This document shows positions 62,629 through 64,000 of a DNA stretch of 64,000 nucleotides, piece by piece. The notes under the pieces were generated by a model. The model made no database searches and was not told the DNA's origin. It saw nothing but the letters and a program-made list of their open reading frames with translations. The stretch is from a virus (taxonomy: Duplodnaviria > Caudoviricetes). How positions within the stretch are numbered: the first letter of the stretch is position 1; each line of letters opens with the position of its first letter. The DNA lies in IMG/VR virus record IMGVR_UViG_3300042296_000383, positions 660 to 64,659 of that record; one strand, given 5' to 3'. A program made the translations under genes and the position numbers.

Positions 62629-62862
62629 TTATTTCTTTTTAAATTGTTCACGATAAAGTTTCATTCCTTCTATAACCCATTGTCTTTTAATATCATTGTA
62701 TAGTACATAATCATACGCAATTTTTGTTATTTCTTCATCACTATACATTCTTTCAGATTGCCATTTAGCACCAGCTATAAAAAATGACCTTTGTGAAAAT
62801 GTAGATAAATCATCTCCTTTAATATAATCTCTTGCAGCCTCTTCAAGTGTTTCTTGTTTCAT
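62629..62862 (-). CDS. Small protein, MKQETLEEA...GAKWQ.ERMYS family
   Basis: Paralogue of its neighbour. Confidence 0.7.
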   Translation of the reverse strand: MKQETLEEAARDYIKGDDLSTFSQRSFFIAGAKWQSERMYSDEEITKIAYDYVLYNDIKRQWVIEGMKLYREQFKKK

Positions 62863-62887
62863 TTTGTCTGTGTTTTATTTATACTGG

Positions 62888-63388
62888 TTATTCATTTGGC
62901 AATCCATAGTAGTCATTCCAAATGTGACGGTCAACTTCGAGCGAATGGTCACGGGCTGCTTTGTCAAGAAAGGCTATTTGCGTGTAAAATTTTGTAGACC
63001 AATTTATTTGTAATTCATTTCTTTCTCTATCTACAAAATATTTCATTTGCTCATAATCCTCCCACTCCACCACCCTCCCTCCGTTGCATCGTCTTGCCAC
63101 TTCACTAAGATAGGCAAGGGCGTTGAGGTGTTTGTTTAATCGGTACAAAGAAACATCTTGATTCATACTGCCAATACTATAGTTGGTTACTATCCTTATG
63201 TTTGAATCATAACGCCACATAAGCTCACGGCACGTTTCCCAAATTGGTTTAGTAGCGGGGTTGGGCGGGAGTGGTTTGCCCGTTCCCATTTTCACATACG
63301 TCTCCCCGTTCAACACGATTTCAGTTGACACGTTCTTGATTTCTTTGCCGTCGTTGTCGTAGACGGTGATTACTGTTGCTTTTTTCAT
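62888..63388 (-). CDS. Hypothetical protein (166 aa)
   Basis: ORF. Confidence 0.7.
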   Translation of the reverse strand: MKKATVITVYDNDGKEIKNVSTEIVLNGETYVKMGTGKPLPPNPATKPIWETCRELMWRYDSNIRIVTNYSIGSMNQDVSLYRLNKHLNALAYLSEVARRCNGGRVVEWEDYEQMKYFVDRERNELQINWSTKFYTQIAFLDKAARDHSLEVDRHIWNDYYGLPNE

Positions 63389-63465
63389 TTTGTTATTTGT
63401 TTTGTTTATATAGTAAAGTGATAGCCTTACCCTCCGCTCTGAAAGTAAGGCGATAGCTTGACGCC

Positions 63466-63849
63466 CTAGTCCTTGTAGCTGACAACCGTCTGGGTGCTCA
63501 CTATCTCGTAACAGGATCGCATCTTGTCGTGATCGTCAAGGAACATCAGAAGGATCATCATCTGCTGCGCGACCGACGCGTCCATGTAGTCGGCGCTCAT
63601 AGGGTTTACCGTCCAGGTGTACCCGTCGCCGGAGTCCATCACCTGCGCCACCAGCGTCCCGTCCACGTCGTCAGACCATTGTGCATTATCTGCACAATAC
63701 ATCGTGACCACCTTGCCGTCAGTCTCCTTTAAGCCGATCACCTCGATCGTGTACTCCACGCAGTGGCGACCCTGTGTCGTGTCTAAAACGAAGTAGGTCC
63801 TAGCGGTGCTGAGGTCTACAGCGTGTGGTGTCTTGTTCTTCTTTGCCAT
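63466..63849 (-). CDS. Hypothetical protein (127 aa)
   Basis: ORF. Confidence 0.7.
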   Translation of the reverse strand: MAKKNKTPHAVDLSTARTYFVLDTTQGRHCVEYTIEVIGLKETDGKVVTMYCADNAQWSDDVDGTLVAQVMDSGDGYTWTVNPMSADYMDASVAQQMMILLMFLDDHDKMRSCYEIVSTQTVVSYKD

Positions 63850-63870
63850 GTTATATATTTAAAAGATTGT

Positions 63871-63964
63871 TAGCCCCCCTGTGCGGGATTCGAACCCGCA
63901 TCCGCCGCGTACACGTCGATGCTTACCGTTCCCAGTATTTATTCCTGGTTACACCAACAGGGGA
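63871..63964 (-). ncRNA. Aberrant tRNA-like element
   Basis: TCCCCTG/CAGGGGG+G-CTA acceptor, GCGGG-TTCGAAT-CCCGC T-arm, hairpin inserted in the D-loop, degenerate anticodon arm. Confidence 0.6.
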
Positions 63965-64000
63965 GACAAACATACAAACAAGATCAGTAACTCAAAACCA

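Noticed and set aside
13838-63732. Numerous + strand ORFs opposite the late and replication genes
   Set aside because: Antisense shadows caused by codon bias; no leaders or recognisable motifs.

Overview
The window covers a large part of a tailed dsDNA phage genome, most likely infecting Bacteroidota (many TAnnTTTG promoters, A-rich leaders without Shine-Dalgarno). Layout: non-coding left end (1-1340); a + strand early region of short genes (1345-11970, including Erf, a GroES-like gene and a spanin-like pair); then a - strand block read right to left: small genes, metallophosphoesterase, a tRNA-like RNA locus, a lambda-O-like initiator with internal iterons, primase-helicase, SSB-like, NinG, GroES-like, TerL, portal, scaffold-like, capsid, tail, ring and stabiliser genes (crAss/podovirus-like order), giant probably ejected proteins with a ferritin between them, and lysis genes. 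Main findings: (1) many early-gene junctions carry an RNA element: four canonical type I hammerhead ribozymes overlapping stop codons, five copies of an unassigned hairpin-GCRGTA motif in the same slot, and a minimal tRNA mimic; (2) three giant proteins carry matching C-terminal and N-terminal Cys modules suggesting a head-to-tail chain; (3) several anticodon-less tRNA-like RNAs and promoter-to-terminator small RNAs. All protein calls come from motif recognition and gene order, not database searches.
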